A DNA stretch of 64,000 bases from Tubiluchus corallicola (Eukaryota; Animalia; Priapulida): assembly GCA_030141605.1 (NCBI GenBank), contig JAQGDQ010002372.1, forward strand, positions 1 to 64,000, written 5' to 3'. Of this stretch, positions 1-11,279 are shown in pieces. The translations under genes and the position numbers were made by a program. Position 1 is the stretch's first letter. The number at the start of each line of letters is the position of its first letter. The notes beneath the pieces were generated by a model. That model was not told the origin of the DNA. It made no database searches and was given only the letters and a program-made list of their open reading frames with translations.

Positions 1-3
1 TGC

Positions 4-4
<1 letters not shown>

Positions 5-93
<89 letters not shown>

Positions 94-101
94 AGAGAGA
101 G
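5..101. repeat. (GA)n microsatellite abutting the LINE 3' tail
   Basis: Near-perfect AG dinucleotide run directly followed by ATTATTATT..., the reverse complement of a (TAA)n tail. Confidence 0.98.
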
Positions 102-537
102 ATTATTATTATTATTATAATTCTTTATTTAAAATTTAAAATTGAACGCATATACAGATATTTACATAAAATACATACAGGGACCCTCTATTTGCAGGGT
201 ATGGTTAAAAAACTTTGTAAATAAAATAGCTGTTATATTCGCAAGACTTTTAAATACCAATAAATCAATATACCAATAAAAGAACAACTAAAATCAAATA
301 GTACCAATTTACACAATTTACACAAAACGACCTGTATAATATAAAAGTGACAGATATAATATAAAAGTTCAATAATTTATACTAAAGTTTGTAAAAATGA
401 ATCACAAACTAACTCAGAGAAAGCAACTAGCAGGTTTTTGTCTCGAGAGGTATAAATTTTACTAATGTTTTGAAATTGTAGGCTATTTGCAAGCGCTAAT
501 CTTTTATTTTCGTCGACCAAAGTACAATTAAAAAGCA
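101..537 (-). mobile_element. 3'-terminal fragment of the non-LTR retrotransposon (end of ORF2, 3' UTR, AATAAA, (TAA)n tail)
   Basis: 287-537 reads identical to 6724-6974 and encodes LFNCTLVDENKRLALANSLQFQ...FLQTLV*. The minus strand ends ...AAATAAAGAATTATAATAATAATAATAATC. The junction with the CAC satellite has GCA microhomology. Confidence 0.92.
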
Positions 538-1210
538 CCACAACATACCACTGCAGCACACCGCACGACCCACATACCACACCACACCAACCACACCATA
601 CGACTCCACCACATCACACCACACTGCACCACACCATACCACTGCAGCACACCGCACCACCCACACACCACACCACACCACCCACACCATACGACTCCAC
701 CACATCACACCACACTGCACCACACCATACCACTGCACCGCACCACCCACACACCACAACACACCACCCACACCATAATACTCCACCACATCACACTGCA
801 CAGCACCACACCATAACACCACACTGCACCACACCACCCACCCACCTACACACCACACCACCCACACCATACCACTCCACCACATCACACCCCACCGCAC
901 CACAACATACCACTGCAGCACACCGCACGACCCACATACCACACCACACCAACCACACCATACGACTCCACCACATCACACCACACTGCACCACACCATA
1001 CCACTGCACCACACCACACCGCACCACCCACACACCACACCACACCACCCACACCATAATACTCCACCACATCACACCGCACTGCACCACACCATAACAC
1101 CACACCGCACCACAACACCCACCCACACACCACGCCACCCACTCCATACCACACTACCCACACCACACCCCACACACCCTATCACCCCACCACACCACCA
1201 CCACACCACA
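538..1210. repeat. CAC/CCA-rich minisatellite (~91-bp units, ~362-bp higher-order repeat)
   Basis: Recurring CACCATACCACTGCA...CACCATACGACTCCACCACATCACACC units. The stretch starting at 538 recurs at ~900. Confidence 0.9.
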
Positions 1211-1373
1211 TCAAATCCACCACCTCACGTGGTGATCATGATGTTGATGATGATGATGATGATGGTGGCAACGATGACGACACCTATAGCACAAGCACCA
1301 ACAGCACAGCATTACAACAAAACCATTCCAAACATTTTTCACAAAGTTGAAACTATGTGCTATAATATAATAA

Positions 1374-2185
1374 ATAGCAAAGGCCCCGCAAAAGATTTTG
1401 CGTATAAATACACGTGTAATCAATAATACGCGAACATCCTACCTAGTCCACATTTATAACACAAAGCCCGTAACATCGTGCCTACTGTTTGTTTAACTAA
1501 CGCAAAGCCTGTAGCTTTTTGCTCAATTAAAGTTATAAGATTATAGACAGAGTACAATGGATGACGTCACAACAATGCCTTTGCGTCAGCAGTTTTCTAA
1601 GTGAAAATTGCCGAAAATAGAACTCCTAACTAACTCGTTGATACTCCTCTCGGTGGACCTGCCCTAAAATATATCCCACATCATCGTGTAGCCCTGTCCT
1701 TCCTCTTTGTAAAGAGCTATATATCTCCTTCCGAGAGTCCCACCAGGCGCCGCTAGAACGTTTTTCCCGCATGCTGTTTGGTCAAAATTTCGAAAAAATC
1801 GCGAGTTGGGTCCGGGAAAACGCCCGTTGCGGGGCGCCCTGGCCCTCTCGGGAATTCTAAATATGCCTACTACACCCACCGCTGAACGGGCTATCTATCC
1901 ATACCCAGCACCCCCCTCGGCCCGTTCCCGTTCTCTACATCTCAGCCGTATAACTTTTACAAAAAACGGCCAAAAAAGGGCCATTTTTGGGGGGTTTTTC
2001 GCCTCCCCCTCCTCCCGGTGGGCCCGATTCGAAAAATAAACCATCAATGGCACGACACTAGATCGAGACCTTTCGTTTGATATATAGATCGCCGCAAATG
2101 GTGCCCTCGTCGAAGCTGTAGCCTCGAATCTTATATATATATATATTAAGATACCAAGAATATTAATATAATAGTAGATAGTAGA
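1374..2185 (-). mobile_element. Non-autonomous Helitron-like element
   Basis: Minus strand starts A|TCTACTATCTACTATTATATTAAT. A subterminal hairpin CGCAAAA-GA-TTTTGCG (1387-1402) lies ~10 nt from a CTAT|T end (canonical CTAG with one change). No TSD, no ORF. Confidence 0.6.
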
Positions 2186-2375
2186 TTAACTTATTACTGA
2201 AGATCATTATTGGGTGACCTTAATAAGCCAAATGCTTCTTGGTCTCCAAAATTATTAAATGTTAATTCATTCTCTTTAAACTTATTTTTTACTCTTAATT
2301 TGCTAAACATCTTTGTTTTTGCAAATGTATTAATTGTTTTAATAATTTAAATAAATTTTGTTGTTGTTATTCTAG

Positions 2376-5107
2376 CGGTCTTCGGCCTGTGGTCAAGGAG
2401 TGACCGTCATCAACAGTTTAAATAAACTGCCAAGAACAGACGTTATTGTACAAAGGTTTGTTCTTATAATTCTGTATTTATACAAGCAAGTGTAGAACAT
2501 TTTGAAATTGGTTATATAGTTGAGTGAACCATTTGCAGAAACTTTGTAGCTGAGAGCTTGAAATAGACACTTTTAGACTGAATCATATGACTGGTTCACT
2601 CTGGTGGTTAAAGCAAGAAGAGAATAGAAAACTGCATTGAACTGTCAAAGATTTTATTGGTTATTTACACTATTTACATTAAAGGAAGATGATGACAGCT
2701 CAGCAGCAGTAATCAGAAGAAAAAACCCAGGCTAGCCTTGACAGAACTACCCAAGTCACATGCACTTACTGAGCTTACCTGATTGACTAGTAAATACACT
2801 AGCAATCTTCACTACTATATATGGAAAGCCCAGCAGGTACAGGTGACTGAGCAGGACTGACCAAGGCCCCAAACCAGATTAAACTTGAGTCAAGTTTGAT
2901 AAACAATAATAAACAATTTTAACTGTAGGTGGTAACACATGGTTAATAATTGGTAGTAGTACTTCCAATTATAAAACAAAATGTGCGGCAACTAGGCCTA
3001 ATTGTGTATAGAGTTAAAATTTTGACTTGTTGGTTCAGTCTGCCAAATGTATAGGTGCAAGGTGGCTGTCTCGAGGAAGAAGTGATTACGCACAATTTTT
3101 GTCATAATGACTTTTTTTTCGTTTCTGGTCTGAGGAAACATTTTTCTGTGAGATTAGGTTGGTTTTACAACAAGGATGTAAATCAAATCAAAACTGATAA
3201 CAAAGATCATCTAGACAGCAGTCATCACAATACAGTTAGGTCCATAGCGATGCAGTCTATGCTTGAATCAAAGTTAACGATTTAGTTAGAAAACATACCA
3301 ACGAAAATAACGTCCCAGGGAACACGATAATATTGTATCAACGTTGTCATAATATTTTTGCAAATATGGATACCATGTGGAAGCGTTGACTTGCTACAAC
3401 TTTTTTTTGTAGTACTTTACTAGTACCAATATTTTTATTGATATGAGTAGACCGTGTGTTTCCAATATTGGACAACAATAATGATCCAATGTTGTACTAG
3501 TATTTGACAAAAGTATCTATGTTTCACCTACATAGAGACAATACTTTCTGAACATATTTTTTGTCACGATCCAGATAAGATAGCGACCATACATACGTTA
3601 ACAATATAGTGTGTTGCCTCTGGTAGTGTAGATTTTGCTAATAATTCTTGGCGTGCTTGATTTGAAGTTATTATCAATTGTGCAGCACCTACCATTAAAA
3701 TGAAAAAAAAGCACTAATCCATAAATGTTGTGTAATTTCGAGCATCACATTTATAAAAATTTCTTTTTGTACCCTCCTACTATTATCTACGGTAGTAGCT
3801 GTCATTAAAAATCTATTTTAAGTAATTTTTACTGAAATATAAATGTCCGCACTAAATTTAGAAATTTGAATATTTTGTTTACCAGTTGAATAAGTCTCTT
3901 TGGTATTCGTTAGCGCACAATTAGACTTGAAACATCAATAAGAATTACTTTAGAAGGAGCCTTAAAACCCTGCAAAAAACCACCTAGCAAACGAAAATCA
4001 ACTTGGATAGCTAAAATAAATAAAGATGTTCAACAACTTTAACCAAATCTAGCTTCTGAAGAACTTACGCAAATAGGAGTGGGTGAAATGCTCTAATAAA
4101 TTGTAATGATATGACGACGAAGATGGTGATGATGATGATGGTGATGATGACAAGCAAAGCTCAGTCTGTTCTTTAATTTGATGACAATAATTAACTTTTT
4201 CGAATGGGTTTTTCATTTTGTGCGATGTGTGTGTTTAGAGTTTCGGATGTTTTTGAATTGTTTGCATTTTACACTCCAACCATTAACTATTTTTAGGTAT
4301 CTGCGGAAACCGTATCTTATCGGCGGATACAAATTTGACCTGAGAATTCTCGTATATGTTGCATCATTGGATCCGCTAAGGATCTACATTCATCGAGAAG
4401 GAGCAGCGCGGTTTGCCAGCAAAAAGTAATTACTGAGTTGTAAACTCTGTTTAAGAAAAATTTTGGCTAAAGTTTACAATTCCTCACATTGTTGCTGAAG
4501 TGAATTAGGACTAGGGTTAGGGTGAGGGTAGGGCTAGGGTTTGGGTTTGGGTGCGGGTAGGGTGAGGGTTAGGTTTGGGGTTCGGGTTAGGGTAAGGACT
4601 AGAGTTAGGGTTAGGAATAGGGTTAGGGTGAGGGTAGGGGCTAGTGTTAGGGTTAAAATTAGGATTTGGGTTCGGGTTTGGGTAAGGACAAGAGTTAGGG
4701 TTAGGATTAGGGATAGGGTTGAGTAAGGGTTAGGTTCAGGGTTGGGGTTAGGGTTAGCTATAATTAGGCTTAAGGTTAGGGTTTGGGCTAGGTTTCAGGT
4801 TATGGCTAGGGTGGGGTATTTAAATTGTGCGGGGAATTGGTAACTCCTTCCAAAACAATGTGGTAGGCAATTAAATTTTGCAATAAGCTAGTGACTTGGC
4901 AAAAGCTTAGGAAACACACAATGAGAAAAACATTTTCTTTATCCAAACGTTTTCGTTTTGCCAGTATACAAACCAGTTTGACTTCTTCTCTTTCAGATAT
5001 TCAATTGCAACCACCAGTGATGTGGAGGAGAAGCTAAAACATGTGACAAATGTTGCAGTGAACAAGAAGAATCCTGAATACATCAAAAACAAACACGCTT
5101 TTGTATG
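2376..5107 (+). CDS. Three internal exons of a tubulin-tyrosine ligase-like (TTLL, polyglutamylase-type, TTLL4/5-like) gene; partial
   Basis: Exons 2376-2455, 4297-4425 and 4997-5107 have AG/GT borders and compatible phases. They splice to RSSACGQGVTVINSLNKLPRTDVIVQRYLRKPYLIGGYKFDLRILVYVASLDPLRIYIHREGAARFASKKYSIATTSDVEEKLKHVTNVAVNKKNPEYIKNKHAFV, which carries the TTL-domain motifs VQxY..PYLI..KFDLR, EG..RFA and HxTN..VNK. Confidence 0.9.
4470..4845. mobile_element. MITE-like element with degenerate (TTAGGG)n core, in a TTLL intron
   Basis: About 300 bp of GGGTTA/GGGTGA/GGGCTA variants, bounded by imperfect inverted repeats AGTTTACAATTCCTCACATT and TTGTGCGGGGAATTGGTAACT. Confidence 0.65.
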
Positions 5108-5155
5108 GTAAGTTTGTGCAGTTTATTTCTAAATAGATGTATCACCCTCTTATTT

Positions 5156-6343
5156 TGTCGTATAGTAATTTGCCGTATAGAGTGACCTTGATTAATTGTA
5201 GTAATTAATCGAATTGGTAATGATTTGGATTCGCTTATCGATTGCTTATAGGTAACTGATCGATTATCGATTACCCGACTCCGAGGGCTTTGGTTCAGTC
5301 GCTAAGACAATGATCTGTCCTACACGACTATCACCTCGAACTTGCGTTGTGAGTCAGATCTTTATCCCTCAAGTTTACAAGCTAGCTCCCGCAAATGAGC
5401 TTTTTTACACTGCGAATCGTTTCAGGTTCGAATCAAGGATTTAGTGTTGCGATTGTGAGTCACCGAGAAAGCTTTAAACATTCACAAACTCAATGTCTAA
5501 GTTAATACAGCGAATAGACTTTATTGAACTTTACAGTTTACAATTTAATCACCTCTGGATGCAATACAAGATTTGCCCTTTTACGCCGGTGGGCGTTTAC
5601 AAATAATGTCTAGCTCCAAAGAGGATGCTATCCACTTAACTGATTTACGATATTGGCATGATGCACTGAAGGTGCTTAAATCATACCACCACGTGTCGGT
5701 TACAACTGTATCAGATACAAAATACAAAATAGATAAGTTAAAACGCTTAACTTGCGGATTGGCCAATGTACCACTGCTATTGGCCAAATCCCCGTTTCCT
5801 AACAAGACTACGCAGCACCAGTGCTCAGTCTATGCTAAGTAGGTAGATTGTTCCTCCACGCTGAGCCAACGTTGCTTCTATCTTTCAGAAGATGTCCCGG
5901 ACACAACACGATGGCAGCAACCACTGTCAGACTTCCCTCGTTGTGTATGTGACTCTCACGTCACCCCGTTGTGTGTCGTTGGAATATTTTTCCTGAGCTT
6001 ATATCTCAAAAGTCTGACCTTCGTGGTATTGCACCATCTGGCAACACTCTACCACCTGGAAAGTAGCTAACTCTTTCACTTTCTGAATTTGTAACCAATA
6101 CTGACTGTTCTTAAATTCCGCCGCTTTGACTTCTTCCGCACCATCTGGGCGGCATAACTTCTGATTTCATCTTAATGTTCCATGAGCACTGATACTAGAT
6201 CTTGGGTCTTTTAATTATCTTCCCTGCACGCGACAACTAATTGCTAGTGACCTTCTACTTATTGTCTTCTACTCTGCATGCATGCTGCTTAAACAACAGT
6301 GTCTTCTCGAATTCTACACCTGTCCTTCTACTATCGTGTGACA
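5156..6343. mobile_element. Possible solo LTR
   Basis: TGTC...GACA termini flanked by ATTT on both sides (5152-5155, 6344-6347). Non-coding, more GC-rich than the flanks, with a minus-strand AATAAA near 5520. An alternative right end is 6413 (CCTTGACA). Confidence 0.4.
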
Positions 6344-6813
6344 ATTTCAACTCATTAAATTCGAGCGCCAGCTGGGTGTATTTCCTATTCAATCTGTATA
6401 AATTTCCTTGACAAAATCAGGGAGGTGCGAGTTTATCATCTGAATCTAATTCATCTGATAACTCAATTAATATTTACCGAAATTCATTTTCCGAAATTTA
6501 TTCATAACAACTGTCCGCTTTTGCATCTTGAATTATTTTCACAGGATGATGATGTATTTTGGTTTACGGTTTACATCAATATTTTTGAGTCAGGGACACT
6601 GAAGTTGCAGATGGTATGGTTATACAATACTTTATATGAATATTATTTAGTTATTTATTATGTACTCAAATGGATACATTGTGAATACAATATAAATTGA
6701 ATACTTACCAAGTAAAAGAACAGACTAAAATCAAATAGTACCAATTTACACAATTTACACAAAACGACCTGTATAATATAAAAGTGACAGATATAATATA
6801 AAAGTTCAATAAT

Positions 6814-9800
6814 TTATACTAAAGTTTGTAAAAATGAATCACAAACTAACTCAGAGAAAGCAACTAGCAGGTTTTTGTCTCGAGAGGTATAAATTTTACT
6901 AATGTTTTGAAATTGTAGGCTATTTGCAAGCGCTAATCTTTTATTTTCGTCGACCAAAGTACAATTAAAAAGCAAATGTTCAACTGTTTGTGCTTCCTCT
7001 GAGCATATACAGGCATTTTCGTGTATGTATCCAATTTTAAAAAGAAAATCTTTAAAGTTACCTTGCCCTAATAAAATACTACAAGATAGTTTTTCTAGCC
7101 TTCTGCTATTTGTATGAAAAGGAAGGTCTAGTGGAGTTAAAAATACATTTTCAGGAAGAATAGACAACTCCTGGCATTGGTAGCGAGTACGGCATCTATT
7201 TTTCCATAGGTGTGTTATAAAATGCTCAATATCCTGTTTTTTGTACTCAAGGATATTCAGTGGTATACTACCGTAATCAATAGTACGTGAATTATAATTT
7301 TTACATAATTTTAAATAATGACCACTAGAAGCCAGTAATTCTCGAAGGAAATGTCTATGACCGATTGTGGGATCACGACTAATCTCTATTATATGAGTTT
7401 TGACTAAATCTGAATCCGACATTGCTAGAGATTTTAGCATAAATTTTACTGTGATTCCCTTAAATATAATATCAAGTGGGGGTAGCCCACAAATTAACTC
7501 TAGTTTGTCTTTTGAGGGGTGAAAGTGACAACCAGTAGCAGTTTTCATAACGTCATACAACAGATCGTCAAACAATGAGTGCTTTCTTACCATCCAGGCT
7601 GGAGCAGCATACATTATAATTGGTAAAACTAAAGTCTTAAATAGAGCAATGATAACACTGAGACTGAAGCCTTTATACAGCATGCTCTTACGCTTAATTG
7701 ACATCCACCTATTCCAAGCTTGTCTTCTAACCTTACTTACATGATTTTCAAATGACAAATTACTGTCGATTGTAACTCCTAAAACTTTACTACTTTGCAC
7801 GTAACTAACATCATTAGTTCCAAATTTTAAGCAGTCGTTTAAATCATGAAGGCCAAATGGAATTACTTCAGTTTTTCCTTGCGAGCAATTTAGTATCTGC
7901 CGCCATTTAAAACACCAATTATACAGTTTATCACAGCACAGCTGACTAGTTCTAAGCGTTTCATTTTCGGAAGAACAAGCTACAAGTATTGTTCCGTCAT
8001 CTGCATATTTAAAATTATTAGTATTTGATATTGCTAAGATTTCGTCAAACATGTCGGACACATAAAAATTAAATAGCACCGGGGAGATGACTGACCCCTG
8101 TGGCAGACCTATCTTACAACAGTATTCCTGAGAAGTATAGTTATTGACCTTGATGCGCACATTCCTTTCATATAGAAAAGTCTTAATAAGACCCAGAATT
8201 CTACCTTTAAAGCCGGCCTCATATAGCTTAAACAGTAGACCATCCAACCAGACGCTGTCAAAAGCGCGCTGGAAATCACCGCAGATAGACAGACAGACAT
8301 CATTTTGTAGTAAATGCTTTTGAATATTTGATATTAAGCGAATCAAATAGCGACCGGTATTGCGACCTGCCATGAAACCTTCCTGCACTTCGTCTATCAG
8401 ATCATTTTCAAACATGTAAGTTCTCAATCGATTTGACAGTAAACGTTCAGCAAATTTGCCAAAATAGGATGAGAGCGTCAGGGGTCGAAAGCTACCAGGA
8501 TCCGTATAATTTGTTTTGCCTTCCTTTTTAATGAATATTACATTGGATTCGCGCCAAACCCACTCGCTTTTACTTAAACAAAGATTACACAAGTATAGAA
8601 AAACCGCCTTGGCCCAGAAGCCAAGGTGTTTAACCATCAGTGGATGAAAGGCATCGCAGTCGGTGCTTTTGCCCTGCGTGACTGTTTCTTTTATTGCAAT
8701 GTTTAGTTCATCCATTGTAAAGTTACAGTTTATAGCAAGGGGCACCATGCCTCTATAATCATAGCGAGAAACTTCCCCCTCTACTTGCTGCTGCCAAAAA
8801 TAATCGAAATTTGCACCGTTTACGTGATCTCCACTTAAAAAATTTTTGTATAGTACCTCACAAATATCTTGATTTTCGCTATATATGTTTCCTTCATATT
8901 TTAGCATGCCGATATCTGAATTTGCTCTACCAGTAAATATTTTCTTATAATCTCTTCAGAATGCATTACTTTTGCGAACATTTAAGTTGACACACTTTTT
9001 ATAAAGCCAGTTATCAGCAGCTGTGCGAAGTTCTTCATCAAACTTAGTCTTTTCTTCAAGATACCGGTTCCTATTGTGAATATTAGAATGCTTTAGATAG
9101 ATTTTTCTCAACCTTCGTACATTGTTTGACAAAAAACTTAAGTTTTGAGTCCAAAACGGTTTTGAGTGATTACATATAACTTTCTTTGGTAGTACAGCTT
9201 CACTGCTGTTTTTTATTAATTTCTGAAACAACTGCCACAGCTCAATAGGGTCCTCTCGCATTATAGCATCGTTAAGGAGCGCAAAATTAGAGCGCAAACT
9301 ATTTTCTAAATAACCTGACCAGCTATGCCAATTACTGCTTTTGAAATCGAAGACAGTACGCTTTGCTGTTGTGCTATAGTTATGGAAAGATGCACCTAAC
9401 TTAGTAATGACTGGAAAGTGGCCCATTAACGGAGCTCCACTAAACAATTCAACCTCGTCGTCAACGCTTTGTGTCACCGGTAATGACGCAAGATTGTTTG
9501 TTAGCAATACAATATCAATGATGCTTTTGCCGTGGGCTGATTTAAATGTTTCAACCAACGGTGCAACAGGCAGTACTGGATATGTGCTAGACCAAACAAA
9601 GTCATTTAATAGTTGCCCATGTGAGTTAGTTTTTACATCCCACATAAAACTTCTACTATTCAGATCTCCAGTTAACATAACACCGTCTAGGCTTTGTTGA
9701 TCAGAAAATAGGCAGGCCTTTTTGAAAGAAGCTAGCATTGATTGCATGTGCTCGACTTTGTTTGGCAGAACATATACAGAAGCTACAATCATTTTCAAAC

Positions 9801-10104
9801 CTTTGCCTTTAACTAAAACCCAAATTGTATCTGTGTTGTTATCTTCTAATTCGTGTAGTCTGCAACTAATCAATCCATTTTTTACGAATACTGCACATCC
9901 ACTTGTATTTGGGTCCTTATTTTTGACATAACTTTGATAATTAGTTAGAGTCACATCATCGTATTGTTTAGCTTTCACTTCCTGTACTGTAACAATATCA
10001 AAGTAGTAGGAGTTTACATACTTGTCTAACGCATATTGTGAACGAACAGAAAAAGTATTGATATTAATTTGGCATACACTGAGACACCTAGAAGATGCAG
10101 CCAT
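6814..10104 (-). pseudogene. LINE ORF2 (AP endonuclease + reverse transcriptase + CCHC), interrupted by a single in-frame TGA at 8956-8958
   Basis: APE motifs (QININ, VQE, GDLN, SIIDI, GHFP), RT motifs (FRPLTLSS, QEGF, DFQRAFDSV, GLPQGSVISP, YADD, LGVTID) and C-terminal CICSEEAQTVEHLLFNC. ORFs 8956-10104 and 6814-8907 share a frame (KSNAF*RDYKK), giving 1096 aa if read through. Confidence 0.93.
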
Positions 10105-11279
10105 TAGATACGGTTAAGTCTTTTTAACTGATCTAAGTATGTAGAGCAATTCTTGGAATTGGCTTCATGCTCACTTTTGCAATTGTAGCACTTTATCTCT
10201 TTGCTGTTGCATTCAGATGTTTTATGCAGATTTCCGCATTTACCACAGTTGGCTTTATTTCTGCACCACTTAGCAACGTGTCCAAAAGACTGACACTTGT
10301 GACAGCGTAAAGGTGTTTGTTTTCGGATATATTGTTCTACTTCGCACAGAAGATGTTTTATAGGAATTCCCTCCTGTATTGCACGTTGTAATTCAACGTC
10401 TGAGCTAAATTTCACCTTAACTATTGGCATATTGGCTCCGTTCTTCCGTTTAAATCGCTCTACTTCGATTACTGGGAACTTCTGTTCAATTGCCGCCTTT
10501 ATTTCGTCTTCAGTCAATTCCGGGTCACAGTCTTTGATCACTCCAATAGAGTACTTATTTGGTTTTCTGACTTTCGTGTCGGTACCCATATAAGTTGGGT
10601 TCCATGAGCTTATTATTTCATCGGCAGTTTCAGAATCTTTTAACTGAATTTGTATGTTTCCTCGAGCAGTTCTGTAGGCTATTTCAAATCTTACACGTGG
10701 AAAATACTTACACAGATTTGTTTTAATTGATGCGCTGGTCTCTACAAGTTTTTTGTCTTTAACATTTTCTATTATAACTGTTCTAGCTGGATCATATTGA
10801 ACAATGGGATTTTGTGTATTTGGTAACTGACGATTTCGAGAAGTAACAGACGTTTGCATGTCTTTTTTCACAGCATTGCTATAGGAAGTAAGGCCGGAAG
10901 GTCTGCGTTCTGTTCCCGACAGCTTTTCTATTGATTGTTCTATCTGATTTAGTTTATCCATGACAGGATCACCTGATATTTTTTTCAGCCGGTTTAATAT
11001 TTCGGTCAGCTTGTTGATATCGTTCTCTTCCTGAATGAAATGAATTATTTCAGTTTTTAGTAGATCAAGGAAGACTGCTTTGCTAGCATCATTCGGCGCT
11101 TGGGGTTTTGGCTCCGACTGCGTCCCAATAGTTTCAGTCTCAGAGTCTGATTCGTTATCATTTGAGAACTTGTGAAAACAGCCAACGCACACCTCGCAGT
11201 ATATTTCTCTTTTTGTTATTTCCTTACTGCGTCTACAAATAGTACAGCTTTTCCTGGCTAGTACGCTAGAGGTACTCAT
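10104..11279 (-). CDS. LINE ORF1 (gag-like nucleic-acid-binding protein, 391 aa)
   Basis: Three C-terminal zinc knuckles (CHKCQSFGHVAKWC, CGKCGNLHKTSEC, CYNCKSEHEANSKNC), an RRM-like region before them, a coiled-coil-like segment, and an N-terminal CxxC-x12-CxxCxxCxH motif. Confidence 0.93.
   Translation of the reverse strand: MSTSSVLARKSCTICRRSKEITKREIYCEVCVGCFHKFSNDNESDSETETIGTQSEPKPQAPNDASKAVFLDLLKTEIIHFIQEENDINKLTEILNRLKKISGDPVMDKLNQIEQSIEKLSGTERRPSGLTSYSNAVKKDMQTSVTSRNRQLPNTQNPIVQYDPARTVIIENVKDKKLVETSASIKTNLCKYFPRVRFEIAYRTARGNIQIQLKDSETADEIISSWNPTYMGTDTKVRKPNKYSIGVIKDCDPELTEDEIKAAIEQKFPVIEVERFKRKNGANMPIVKVKFSSDVELQRAIQEGIPIKHLLCEVEQYIRKQTPLRCHKCQSFGHVAKWCRNKANCGKCGNLHKTSECNSKEIKCYNCKSEHEANSKNCSTYLDQLKRLNRI

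Noticed and set aside
496-1175. V/W/C/G-rich ORFs on the minus strand
   Set aside because: They are translations of the CAC minisatellite, with overlapping frames all low-complexity.
538-1210. Possible CRISPR-like repeat array
   Set aside because: There are no unique spacers, the units are degenerate tandem repeats, and the context is eukaryotic with no cas genes.
4541-4726. RVRVRV ORF / true telomere
   Set aside because: It is the translation of degenerate TTAGGG repeats, internal to an intron and bounded by inverted repeats, so not a chromosome end.
287-6974. 251-bp direct repeats as LTRs of an LTR retrotransposon
   Set aside because: The repeat is the LINE ORF2 end and 3' UTR. It has no TG..CA termini, PBS, PPT, or internal gag/pol.
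9407-9931. Plus-strand ORFs inside the LINE
   Set aside because: They are antisense shadows of the APE coding region with no recognisable motifs.
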